DNA of 63,525 nucleotides, taken from the NCBI GenBank assembly GCA_000182565.2, contig KQ257458.1, one strand, 5' to 3'. A program made the translations under genes and the position numbers. The stretch's first letter is position 1; every line of letters starts with the position of its first letter. Under the pieces are notes generated by a model. That model searched no databases, was not told the origin of the DNA, and was given only the letters and a program-made list of their open reading frames with translations. This document shows, one piece after another, positions 26,841 through 38,400 of this stretch. The stretch comes from Spizellomyces punctatus DAOM BR117 (Eukaryota).

Positions 26841-29352
26841 GCCGTTCTCTTCTTCAATCGCTATGTATTACCACATTTAACTGCTCAATGCATCAGTGAG
26901 GAAAACCAGTTGGAACGATACCCACCGTCGAAGGCAATGCAATGGGTTAGTTGACGGTGCCTAGGAGGACAGCAGATCTTTTATACTTTTAGACGCGCAT
27001 GGCATGTTTGACAATGTAATAATACATTACTGGTAACGCCTTCTGGTGGCAGCCAGTCCATATCGAGCACGGTCCAAAGGGCCTGGACATATTCTGCACA
27101 CTCTTTGTCTTAAAACCCCGCATGTCCACAAGAGGCTGTGAAGAGCACAGCACTTTTTATATCTCCTGACGTGTGGCCTCAGCGTCTGGGGACCCTTTCA
27201 GAAGGCTACAGGGACCTGGGAGGCACAAACAAAGCCCTAGTCGGAGAAACGTTGTCCGTGACCATTTTACTTGGCGACCGATGTGAACGTGAATTCTTCC
27301 ACTAGCACGCACGATATGGTTGGGGCGGGGCAGTAAGCGACAAATGGCATTTCTGTGCAGGGATCTCCCTCCCCCCCTTTTACTTTTATTCTTTTATCCG
27401 CAACTTGTTTCCCTCCCGAACAGCTGCCTAATCCCAACAAGAAAACGCGGTGCACGATCTCGTTTAAACCATTTGGGTAATCAACTTGCAACCGCGCCCA
27501 AATGCATTGGAATGTCCTTTGTTAGTTTCTTGTCGCCAAACGTGAGCGCTCATCAGTGTTATCGATTAGAAGCAACTGGCGGGCTCAAAAAAGCAAAAAA
27601 AAAATATATTACCAAGGTGTGAAATTCAAAAAAGCCATGCGGGGGCAGTGAAGGAGGAGGAAGAAGAAGAAGAAGCACTGCCAGGAGGAATCAAAGAAGA
27701 CAAGGGGGTGTTAATGTCCAATATCTGCATGTGCTTTGGAATGGTTCGGATGAGTGATGTGTGGGGAGGCTGTGTTAGCTCTTAAAATGGCAGTGTCCTT
27801 GTCCTGCTCTGGCCCAGGGCTCGGAACTACTACGGCGGCGGCGGGGGATGTGCCAAAAGGCAAGCCCGACCCCAACTTACGACAGTACACACACACAACG
27901 TTTAAACTCCGTCCAATTTGAGAGTAAATTGCATACAGGCAGATTTCTTCATTGTATCCGCGCCACGTCCACGACGACGGCATTTGTTAAAAGCTGTCAA
28001 ACCTTTTGCACATTGTTCCAATTCCCGCGGTAGCGTTCTGCGTTTGCGCCAATCCAAGTTCTTCCTAAAGGGGTATGGACGTATCTCCTGTCTTGTCCAA
28101 TTAGTTTGTTTTTCCCTGCATATTAGTTTTGTCTGCTCGGTATTTCGGCTGGCTGGCGGTGCACCGACCACAAACTGCAATTCGTGAAGGGTCAAGAGGC
28201 AAACAAGATCTCATAAAGTCGCTTTTAGCTTGCCCGCAACGTTTTCAGGGGGGAGTATCATTCGATCGTCACCAAGAGATAAAAATACCCTTTTACACGC
28301 GACACAACCGACGGTGGTGGTAAGTTGCGGCTATCTTAGATCTTTGACCAGGGTGCGTATCGGTGACGTCTATCCCTCGTGGTTTTGAGTTTCCCTTCTT
28401 CTTGTCTTGGTCATCATCATCTTTGAGGAAATGGGGGAAAACGAAAAGTGACTTTTTCACTTTTGCTGTGCCCATGGCTTCCGATTAACCCAACTGATTT
28501 TGTCTAGAATTGCTGCTCCTGTGGGCGTTTTGGAGTAGGAGAAAGAGATTTGCTACGTTTTCCCCCTGAAGGCAGTGAACAGAAGACAAGCTCAGCGCTA
28601 TACAGCAACTCCCCTCTCTTGCATCGCCCTCGTCTAGAAAACTGTCACCCGCATCCCTTTAATATAACAACAAGGTAAGAAAACGACAACAAGCCACGTT
28701 CAAGAGCCGCCCGCATGCATTTCATTTCTTGCGTTTGGGCTTGGGTTGAAAAAGCGATGATGGGCAGTGGGGGGGACCCCCAATCGCTCAAGGGCTGGGT
28801 GCTTGGTGACGCGTGGTTTGACATTTGGCTCAACTCCTCTGGACGCGCTACGGCGATCCCGAACACTCTTGAGGCTTTGATAACCTCAGGGGTAGAACAC
28901 GGATTTGGGGGAGGTGATATTAAGGGTTACTGCGCGCGCGGCATCTAAAAGCTAAAGGCAGAGAAGGTCCCGTCACGCACGCACATGGGGACATTTTTGG
29001 CTTGGGCGGTGACAAGAACAATTCCGGCATTGACGTATTTTCTTTTTTTTATTGCGTATTTTCCATGCACTTTTCCCTCTATCCACGGCGCATTTTACCC
29101 CTTCCTCGTCTTTTGCTTCTTTCGCACACTGTCCCGCCCGTCTTCGTCTTACTATCCTGTCACACACATTCAAATCGTTCGGTATCGCCTTTCACTGCCT
29201 TATCTACTTGCCACGTTTTTTCATCCCCCCTCACCTAGCGGATAGCGGTGGTCACTCATTTCCGGGCTTGGTCGATCAGTTATCATTGCCGAATCTACCG
29301 AAATTGCGACCACAGCAAACAAGTGTCAGTGAGCACAAAAATATATAGTCAT

Positions 29353-30630
29353 ATGTCTATTTCGAAAATGACGGCCAAGCAGCACCTAGCATTCCATCTG
29401 CACGGTCGGGTTTCTCATACGTCATATATTCTTTCAACGTCAGAAAAGCCCAACATCTTGTCTGAGATCCTGTCACCTTCCCTTCGCACGGCGCTTTTCA
29501 CGACGTCTACCAAACTAGATAATTCCGCGTCGGCATCGTCATCTGCACCATCATCATCGCCCTGGTACTCTCCACCCAGGAGAACCTGGCTAAGCTCCGA
29601 CATGATCTACCACAAGCGATCATCGGTTACAAGGTCGCGGATGTCGGAAGGTCCCAAGACGGTCGCCAAACGACGATCGAGGTCGTTGACCGTCTGGAAA
29701 GAAGGTGAAAATGGCAAGCAAACGACCGATGGCGAGATTCGCAGTAGGCGATCCAGAAGCGCAAGTCCAGTTGTCGGCAGGAAGGAATGGAAAAGTGTTC
29801 CAAAAAAGCGGGACATGCGAAGCGAGTACGCCAACGCGAACCCAAAGCGCAAATCAACCTCCAAGATCCACCCGCAATCCAGTCCTTTGCCGACCGAAAG
29901 CCCAAATGTGCTGCCAGCCAACCTTCCGCAAATCCAGCCATGTTTCCCATTACCTGCCCGGCTGCCCGCTCACATCGAACAACAATTATATCTTCTTTCG
30001 TATACAAAGCTTCTCTCCCCTCGACGCCCCGCACATTCCCGCACGACCATCCAAAATCTAATGCTATACATCCAATCCGTGCATCCGGGAGTCGAAACTC
30101 TCTCCCACCTCCCCCCATCCCCGACACTCCCAGCTCATTCAACTCAAGCCCCATGGTCCATCAACACGCCAACCAAACGCCCATCGTTCTCCGCAAGAAA
30201 ATCCAATCGCCGTCGGTTAGCAAAACTTGCGGCGGGCACGACTGTTGGACCAGGTCCTTCCCCGCTGCGTTATAGCTTCTCGCCCGATTCCGCATACACC
30301 CATCACATTCAGAGTTTGACCCGCGCTGCGGCTGTTGCTGCCACACAAGCGGTGTACCACAAAAAGCAACACGATATCGCCATCGAGGTCCCGGTGACTG
30401 CAATGGTACCAGTCAAACACAAGAAAGATACCCCGACGAAACGGTTCTTGGGATTACTCAAGAAATTCCTCAAAGTCGACTCGGAGCGAGCAAGGAGGCG
30501 GGAATCCGCTTTTTACGCTGGTGCCGGAAAGTTTCCCGCTCGCTCTTGCGTCTCTTGTGACAATGACGGTGTAGTTGAGATTGACTTTGGGAAAGGACCC
30601 AAGGGAGGTGTACATGTTTTAATTGCTTAA
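29353..30630 (+). CDS. Zds1-like protein (divergent Zds_C motif); start codon uncertain
   Basis: Long S/P/R-rich ORF containing RLPAHIEQQLYLLSYTKLLSPRRPAHSRTTIQNLMLYI, which resembles the fungal Zds C-terminal motif (R.P...ERAIYRLSH.KL..PRRPL..QV..SN.M..YL). Confidence 0.65.
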   Translation: MSISKMTAKQHLAFHLHGRVSHTSYILSTSEKPNILSEILSPSLRTALFTTSTKLDNSASASSSAPSSSPWYSPPRRTWLSSDMIYHKRSSVTRSRMSEGPKTVAKRRSRSLTVWKEGENGKQTTDGEIRSRRSRSASPVVGRKEWKSVPKKRDMRSEYANANPKRKSTSKIHPQSSPLPTESPNVLPANLPQIQPCFPLPARLPAHIEQQLYLLSYTKLLSPRRPAHSRTTIQNLMLYIQSVHPGVETLSHLPPSPTLPAHSTQAPWSINTPTKRPSFSARKSNRRRLAKLAAGTTVGPGPSPLRYSFSPDSAYTHHIQSLTRAAAVAATQAVYHKKQHDIAIEVPVTAMVPVKHKKDTPTKRFLGLLKKFLKVDSERARRRESAFYAGAGKFPARSCVSCDNDGVVEIDFGKGPKGGVHVLIA

Positions 30631-31281
30631 TGGACGCTTTTTGTTTTGTTCAAAGGCGTTTTGGTTTTCTACCCTATGTACCAGGATGTTTTGTATGTCT
30701 GTACTTTTGTCCGCTTTGTTCCTTACTTTCTTTGATATTTGTAACTGCGTGGTATACTGTAAGGGCTGTAGTAGTTGGACGTTACTGGTTTAGGTTTAAG
30801 GATTAAGGATTTCTAGTATGTACGCTTTAACGGGTGTAAATATTCAAAAAAAAAAAAAAGAAGAAGGTAGTTTTTTTATGTTTCCTGCAGGACGGGGGGC
30901 TTGTTGTGTGCAGCTGGCAAAACGTCATAAAAGCTTTGCATTTTAAAGCTTACTCAGCATGTAACCAGCCCAAGCGATGTTGCCCTCAATCTGTTGTTTT
31001 TTTTTTTTTCAAAATGGAGTGCTTTAGCTTGTTTCATGAGCGATTATCCCAACGAACGAAGGGGACATCAAACGATTACACGCGAGTCAGCATTCTTATT
31101 ACATCTAAAATCCAATTGTCTCAGAACAAGTGTACAGTCCAACAACATTTGGACCACTTTCATCTACTATAAATACTGAAAGTGGGATTTGGCTCAAATA
31201 TCCCTTCGCCAGTATATACTCCCCTTCCCATCCAGTCAACAATAAATGTAAATATATGAGGAAAATCAACAAAAAAAGAAA

Positions 31282-34200
31282 CTATCCAAAAAAGTCTAAA
31301 ATACCCTTCACACCCTGCTCTAGTCTCTCAAGATGGCCCATTCCGCCCTTCCAATCCTCAGAGACCAAACACCAGTTGTCTAAAACTATTTTACCACGTT
31401 CAAGTCGGTTCGCCACATACTCGACTCCTTGATCCGCTTCACCTTGCAGGCTCTCCAAATACCTCTCAACATACTCTGTGACCATGTCACAAAAATAAGG
31501 TATGGATGTCGTTTTGTATCGGGTTGTAAATGCTGTCGACGGGGTCGTTGGGGTGGATGGCGTAGGTGGGTCAGTCGGAGAGGCAATGAAGTCGCCGCGG
31601 AGGTGCGATATGAGGCGGAGAATGGTGGTGCAGTTGTTGATGAGAGGGGCGTGAATGGACGGTTGAGGCGGAATGGTTACTGTAACGGGCTCAAGTTGGG
31701 TAGGAACCGAGAGGGCATGCAACTTCTCCTCCGTGTCTAGAAATTGTGAATAGTTGCTAGAAACGGATCCAGCCATTCCTTCCGTGCCCAAAGATTCCGC
31801 AGCAGGAACACGGACCAGTCCCATGAGTTCATCTTCCAGTTCCTTGAGATCAGGAATAGAGACGGCCCGAGACACAATCATGCTGGTTGTTGCCGGGGGC
31901 GGCGCTACGGGTGTTGATGGCAGAGGAGTGGTCGGTAACGGTAGCGCACTAGTTGGAGCAGGTTTGGCCGGTGGGATCGCGGGTTGATAAGTTTCCTCCC
32001 GAACCGTTGGCGTCGACGGAATACTAGAAGGATTTTGCTTGGGAGACGGGGGTGGGGTTCCGGACTGCTGCTCAACTCCGCGGGATGGTTGTGCGTAAAC
32101 ATTTGTTGAAACGGGAGGAGGTACTGATGGCACTAGCGTTTGCCTCATCTCATCACTCTTCAGATTTCCGTTCACCGGGACAGATCCGTTGCTCAATACT
32201 GCTGCCGCCTGCGGCGCCGCGGAAACGTGGACAACTGCCCCACCAGCACCTTGATCCCTTTCCACCAACTCTCGCAAACTCTGCCGCCACGCTCCTACCT
32301 TGTGCACGCTAGGATGTTTCGGCCAGCGAAGTGTGTCATCCCTAAGGCGTTTACCCGCAGCCGCGTCTACAAAGCCATTTTTGACCACTCTTCGGGCCCC
32401 ATACCTCGGGGAACCAGGTCTCTTGGATGCAGAGGCCATATCGCTTCCACTTCCCTCGTCGTCAGAAGCGACCCCTCTGCTCATTCTTGTTAAAAGGAAC
32501 GTCCAGCGTTTAAATTCTTGAGCAGAGGGCGCACATAGAACATAATCTTTTGACTTTGTACGAACGATGAATGTGCGTGACTTTTTGGCTTCAGGATCTT
32601 TAGGCGGTTGCCTGACAAGTGATCTCACGCTTATGATCGATGATGTAGGAATGATCCACTTGGGTAGGTAGTACCCTTTTGCCCATACATCTGGCTTGCC
32701 GTCCTTGTTATCTTCTCCAATTGAAGCAACAAGCGGGTTAGTTAAACTAGGCATTGGTGGATCGGTGGGATAGAAGCGCTGCAGGGCTTGGGCAAATTCT
32801 CGTCCCATGTTGTTGTCTTGGAATTTGTCGGGGGAAAATGTAAGCAAATTGGAGTTTGCAGGGAGACGGTATTCTTTTGGCGATAGACAAATGAGGAGTA
32901 CTCCGTCGAACCGGAAGAGGCTGCCAATGAAGATTAATCAGAAAATAGTGCAAAGAGGTCAATTACCCAGATACACTGCTTACCGCTTTTGAAACCGTTT
33001 ATGTCGGTTCTGCTTCAACAAATATCCAGAGAAAATCATAGAGGTGAATTCATTCTCGGTTGGCACAACCGAGTGGGATTTCGCATCATGTGCAGGAGGC
33101 TGCATTGAGAAGGTATTTCTTGTGTCTATCATTTGGCTATCTCGTTCAGGAGAGTCCTGATACTGAGGAGGCTTGTTGTACACTGTGTGTGACATGCTTC
33201 GCTCTGCCGCCGTGGCAACCGGTGACCCGCGATGATAACTCTGCGATGAGAGATTGGAATCCGCTCGTGATCGCCCACTACCGGGTTCGTACCGATGAGG
33301 GTGACGTTCAAGTAAAGCAGGTGATCCACGACCGTGTCGGTTATTTTCCTCCAATGCCTTAGCGTAGGCGCCAGCGCCCGCACCCGGTTCAGATCGCATA
33401 TGTATCATACTTATATTCGCCTGTGGATTGCCCATCTCCAATACAGAAGCACGCATTTTGGGTGACTGCTCTGTGGATCCAGGTGACTCTGTTCCTGCCT
33501 TTCCAAACGGTAAGTCCAAGGTTGCATCATCTAATAAAACGGTTCTGGTTTTCGGCGACTCGATCTCATTATCTACAGTTTCCTCAGTCTCTGCCTTTTG
33601 GCGGACAACTGAGGAGGACACGGACGCTTCCGATGCACCAGAACTTGTTTGGGAGCCGGTTGTGTCCTGCTTTTCCGAGTTCTTCCTCGGTGGTGGAGGT
33701 AACGAGCCCCGAACAGATTCCATCGGTGGTGATATGAAGGAGCCCCGCACTTCCATTGCTACCGGAGCATACATGGAGTCGTGGCCATATTGACTGAAGA
33801 GGCCTGTTGCAGACGATGAAGGTCGTTCACCAGAAGTATGGTCAAACGTGCCTCCGGGTGGCCCATAAGACGCATTGCCGTCAATATAGGAACGCATGCG
33901 AGCAGGGGAGAGTGAGCGCGAGCGGCGATTATCACGCGTCTGCTGTCTATTCACTCCATGTTGATCTCCTCTACCTCTAAATTCTTCTGATCTAGCGCCA
34001 TTAAGATACTGGCGGTGTGTAGGCGGGACTCCATGTTTGTGATTGCTTGCCAGATACTGACTATCGCCGCTGACGAATGCACGGTTCGGGATTGAAGGGA
34101 GAGCTCCACTCGGTGGCGGAGAAAGCGGTGGAAGTAGTTGTTTCTCGTGGATGAGTTTCGTCTGGATGCTTAAGGGTTGGATCCGACCTTGGGGGCCATG

Positions 34201-34480
34201 AGCAATGTGTACGGCTTTGAGGGAGGACGTTCGTACGCGTGAATTCACTTCAGAATCAAAGCTTTGTTTCTTCTAGTGTCAAAAAAACACACAAGTCAGT
34301 CAGCGGTTTCCCAGATCTCCGGATGAATCCACAATAAAGACTGTCCCTAGAAGCCACAGTTGCCCGAACCATAGGTCTACTTCACTACCCCCAAGACCCT
34401 TACGGAACCTATTTTTCATATGACCCTTAAAAGCCTCACCTTTGGTTTCGCAGCCTGTTTACCTTGCCCTTGCTCCCCAT
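31282..34480 (-). CDS. PH-domain protein with predicted N-myristoylated, polybasic N-terminus (3 exons)
   Basis: Micro-exon MGSKGK splices (intron 34273-34462) in frame to KKQSFDSEVNSR. Split PH: IFSGYLLKQNRHKRFQKR|LFRFDG ... RTFIVRTKSKDYVLCAPSAQEFKRWTFLL. Confidence 0.75.
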
Positions 34481-35467
34481 TTACAAGGGGAGACGACGTG
34501 CGTGGCAAATGTTGCATTGCAGTCGGTGGGTATCGTCCAGGCTGTCCTGATTCGCGCATTCACTCGTGAGCCACAAAGGGCGTATTGAGGATTGTGTGTC
34601 TACAATACAAGTTCTATCCAATTGAACTTTTTGAGTACCAGCCATTCTTTTGCACAAGGATATGCCCTTGTCCACCTACCAGTTTCCTACTGATAATTTA
34701 AGATGCCCGGCTTCAATCGGCAGCAGCTCGCCAACTCCGTTTGTCGTCCAATTCCCCAAGCTTCGTCTGTTTTTTTCCCACGTTCAACTTGCAAAAGCCG
34801 TGGTTTGCTTGTACCGATTTCTTGGATTTCTTGCCTTTTGCGGCTTCGTCCCACACAGGTCACATGGCTGCCCAGATAGCTGGTTGGATCCGGCTAGAAA
34901 CTTTGTGGGCTTTGTCGGAGTTTGGTGCATCGCCCATTCCGGTGACAGCAACACTTGTCCGATACGCTAGGCGCTACAGTGCTTGCTCATTCATATCACC
35001 CAGGGTGTCATGGCAGAGATTCGAAAGAGCCTTAAATGGCAGCAGCGGGAAACATCCGATTTGGACCATTGCACATATCATTTACTGTTAGCTCTGTGAT
35101 GGGTTATCCAAATTGAAACTGCCCGGCATCACAAGCCAAGTGCAGTCCCTGCTTGTAATAGTCCAAGTCGTGTGCTTTAAATAGAATGTACTCAAGCCTG
35201 GGTTGAGCACTCTATGGACTCATTAGGCCAAATAGGGATACATCGGATGCTTACTTGATAATTAACACTCCGATCCGCTCGTCAAGGGCCATATCATTCA
35301 GTCTCCCTATTGTTGATTGTATTATATATTATATCTTCTGAGTATAGAACGTTTGATGGAATTGGACGGCCTATGCAGAGCAGTTGGAATCTGGTGCGTT
35401 TACCCTTGAAATATCTGGGGTAGCAGAGCGCCTTGCGGAAATTCGTCACTGGGTCCGTGACTGTGGA

Positions 35468-38400
35468 ATGATGCTTGGTCAAGTTCTCTCGCTGGTCTGT
35501 TTGGCTATTCTGCTTCAGGTTTCCCGCTCTGCCGTTGTCAGTGGTAGGGTAGACTCTATAACACTAGACATTGCATTGTCAGATGTGTTGGGACGGCAGG
35601 CATCTGCAGGAAGTGTGCCCACTGGATTGCTATCTACGTCAGCATCAGCCACAGCGACAAGTCTCAGTTCTTCACCCCAATCGAGTGCTACATCAACGTG
35701 GGACTCATCGTCGAGTCTCTCCCCCTCCAGTACCAATGCTTTCCCATCATCTTCAGCGTCATTTGGTACTGCATCCTCATCGTCATCTTCCTCCGCCCCC
35801 ATCACTACCTCTACCCCGATAACTGTCTCTTCCTCGGCATCGGGACACTCTTCCACTGCCGGCTCTGCCACCTCGAGTACATTTGCGCCAACGCCTCTTC
35901 CGTCTGCTATTGCGCCTTCCCCAATTACAGTTACGGCCATCGAACCACCCACTCTGTACACAAACCGTGGTCGACAAAATATTATACTTTCAGGAAATGG
36001 CTTTTCGATCTTGCGAGCGGCCGAGTTCTCTGTCAGTTTCACAAATATCACCATTCCAGCTGGAGCAACCACCGTGACAACTTTGTCAGATTCAGTTGTC
36101 GCAGTCACCGTCGATACCGATGCCATTAGCTTAAATGGCGACGTGTACCGTAACGGCTCCCTCATTATCTCCATTAGAGGAGCCGCCGACACCGTAAGGG
36201 ATGTGCGGTGGGTGGATCCCGTGAAGTCAATAGCAACGATAGTTTCGCCGAGCAAGGTGACCATTGGAGTGGGCAGCCCAGTGCATATAACAGGAATCAA
36301 TTTGCTCCCCCCAGTAGGGCAAGCACTTTGCGTGTTTAATGCCACCAGAATATCAGCAACAAACGCTACGTATGATAACGGAACCTATACCTGCCTTGCC
36401 CCTGATATGTATGGAAGCGGTATCCTGGAAGTGAATCTTCTCTACTATACACCTCAGCGGGATCTCTCGTCTTTTGGCGGCAGAAACTCTACCGACTATA
36501 ACCGGCCAACTGACTATGTCAGTACTGTAGTTGGGCAACCCCTATTGCTGTATTACCGTGCCGGTCCTCCAAAGGTCATCTATGCTCGTTTTACTATAAC
36601 CGGAGCAATCGAGTTTCGGTATGATCGGCCGGTGACAGTGTACGACGCAAATCTCTTCGCAGTGGATCCCAAAGCCAGTCATTCCACCTTGATTAGTGCT
36701 CTAAACGGTCGGGAAACCTTTACTTGTGAAAAGATGTTCCTGAATCCTAATGGAGGGACAGGACGCTTGTGGGTCACCCAAGCAAATGCAGAATGTTATA
36801 TCCAGCGAATGGATGCAAGGACTTTTAGGATTATCATTGGTGCGAGTGAAGCCCAGAAGATAATTGAAGCTGGCCTTTCCCCAGTGGTGGCAGGTGACTC
36901 GCTGTCACTAAAGCCAGGTGCAGTGTGGACAGCAGGTGAGGAGCTGAGCGAGACAGGGACGGGGTCTACCATCGTTGAGGGAATTCTTTCGCCGAACCGC
37001 ATCGTGCGTCCTACCGTACTTGTTAAGGCACCGCAAATCATTGGCAGCTGCTCTGATGTGACTTTTGATCTGTCGAGGTCGATGGGATCGGCTGGACGTA
37101 ATTTCAATCAAAGCACTTTCAGTGTCGCCCCCGCTGTAGATTCACTGCAAGCAGAGCTGACCGCGTTTGCCAAAGCTTTCATTTTGCGTAATGAGCTGGT
37201 GTACACTATTGCGGCATCCAAAATCCCTGTTGGAAGATACCAATTCACCTTTACCTTAAGGAACTTCCTTGGAGGAGTTGGAACGTCGACCTTCATATTA
37301 GAGAAATTTGACCGGCGAGATATTCCTTATGTTACTATAACGGGTCCGGCCAACGATGCTCCATTGGACCAGTTGCACACTATAACGGCCGAGGTTGCTG
37401 CGACATGTGGAGCTCTCCGACCAGTGAGTTTTCAATGGGAATCGCAAGACGTACTCATTTCTACGGCAAATGGCACAATGGTTACAATGGAAGCGTATTC
37501 TTTGAGTCATCAAAGTCGATACTCCTTTATAGCTCGTGCTAAGTTCACGGATGAACCTAGTCCAACGCTGTGGACGTTGAATTACACGTTTACGACAGAG
37601 CTGGATCGAGTCATGCCAGTTACCATCACAGAGGTGTTAGCCGGTGGTGGAACGAATAAGAATGCTTCTCAGTCTCCATTGCTTCTATCAACGACACTTT
37701 TTGACAGTGGCTATCCGCCCAGTAATGTCAACATCTCTGACTTTACTTGTATATGGAATTGCACCCGAGTGGGAGAACCTTTCGGGACTCCATGCATCAA
37801 AGAAGAGACAGGGCAAGGAGCTTCTATTCCCGCCATCTGTACTGGTGCCGATATCACTGGCTACTTAGATACAGGAAGATATGCTTTTACTTTAGAGACC
37901 GTACGGATCGGTACTGGAGCTATCAGCTCGACAGACGAGAGTGGAGCACCAATGTTCGTCGATGTAATCGACCAGTGGATCCCGCTAGTTACCGTTACCC
38001 CAAATATGCCATACCCTTCGCGCTGGGACTTGTACGAGCTACGCGCAGGCGTCAACCCAATCTCTGTTCTCAATGGTGTTGACAAGGTGAGGTATTCTTG
38101 GTTTTCCAACGAATCTTGTCACGGAGACATCTTCTCCACGGTAGACGTGGCGGACACGTCCAAGGTGCAATGGCAGCCAGGTGCACCAACCCTCCGTTTC
38201 CTGCCACAAACCCTGCTAGCGGCTGGAAAGTATTGCTTCACTGTGTTCGCGAATGATACGGCACGGAACGCTATTGGTCAAGCGTCTATAGTGGTGTCTG
38301 TTCGGGAAGCACCGTTTGCTGGATACTGTTCTTTGAATGCTACCGATGGACTCGCCTATCAGTCGGTATTCAGGATAAGTTGCGCTGGGTGGGTCACGGA

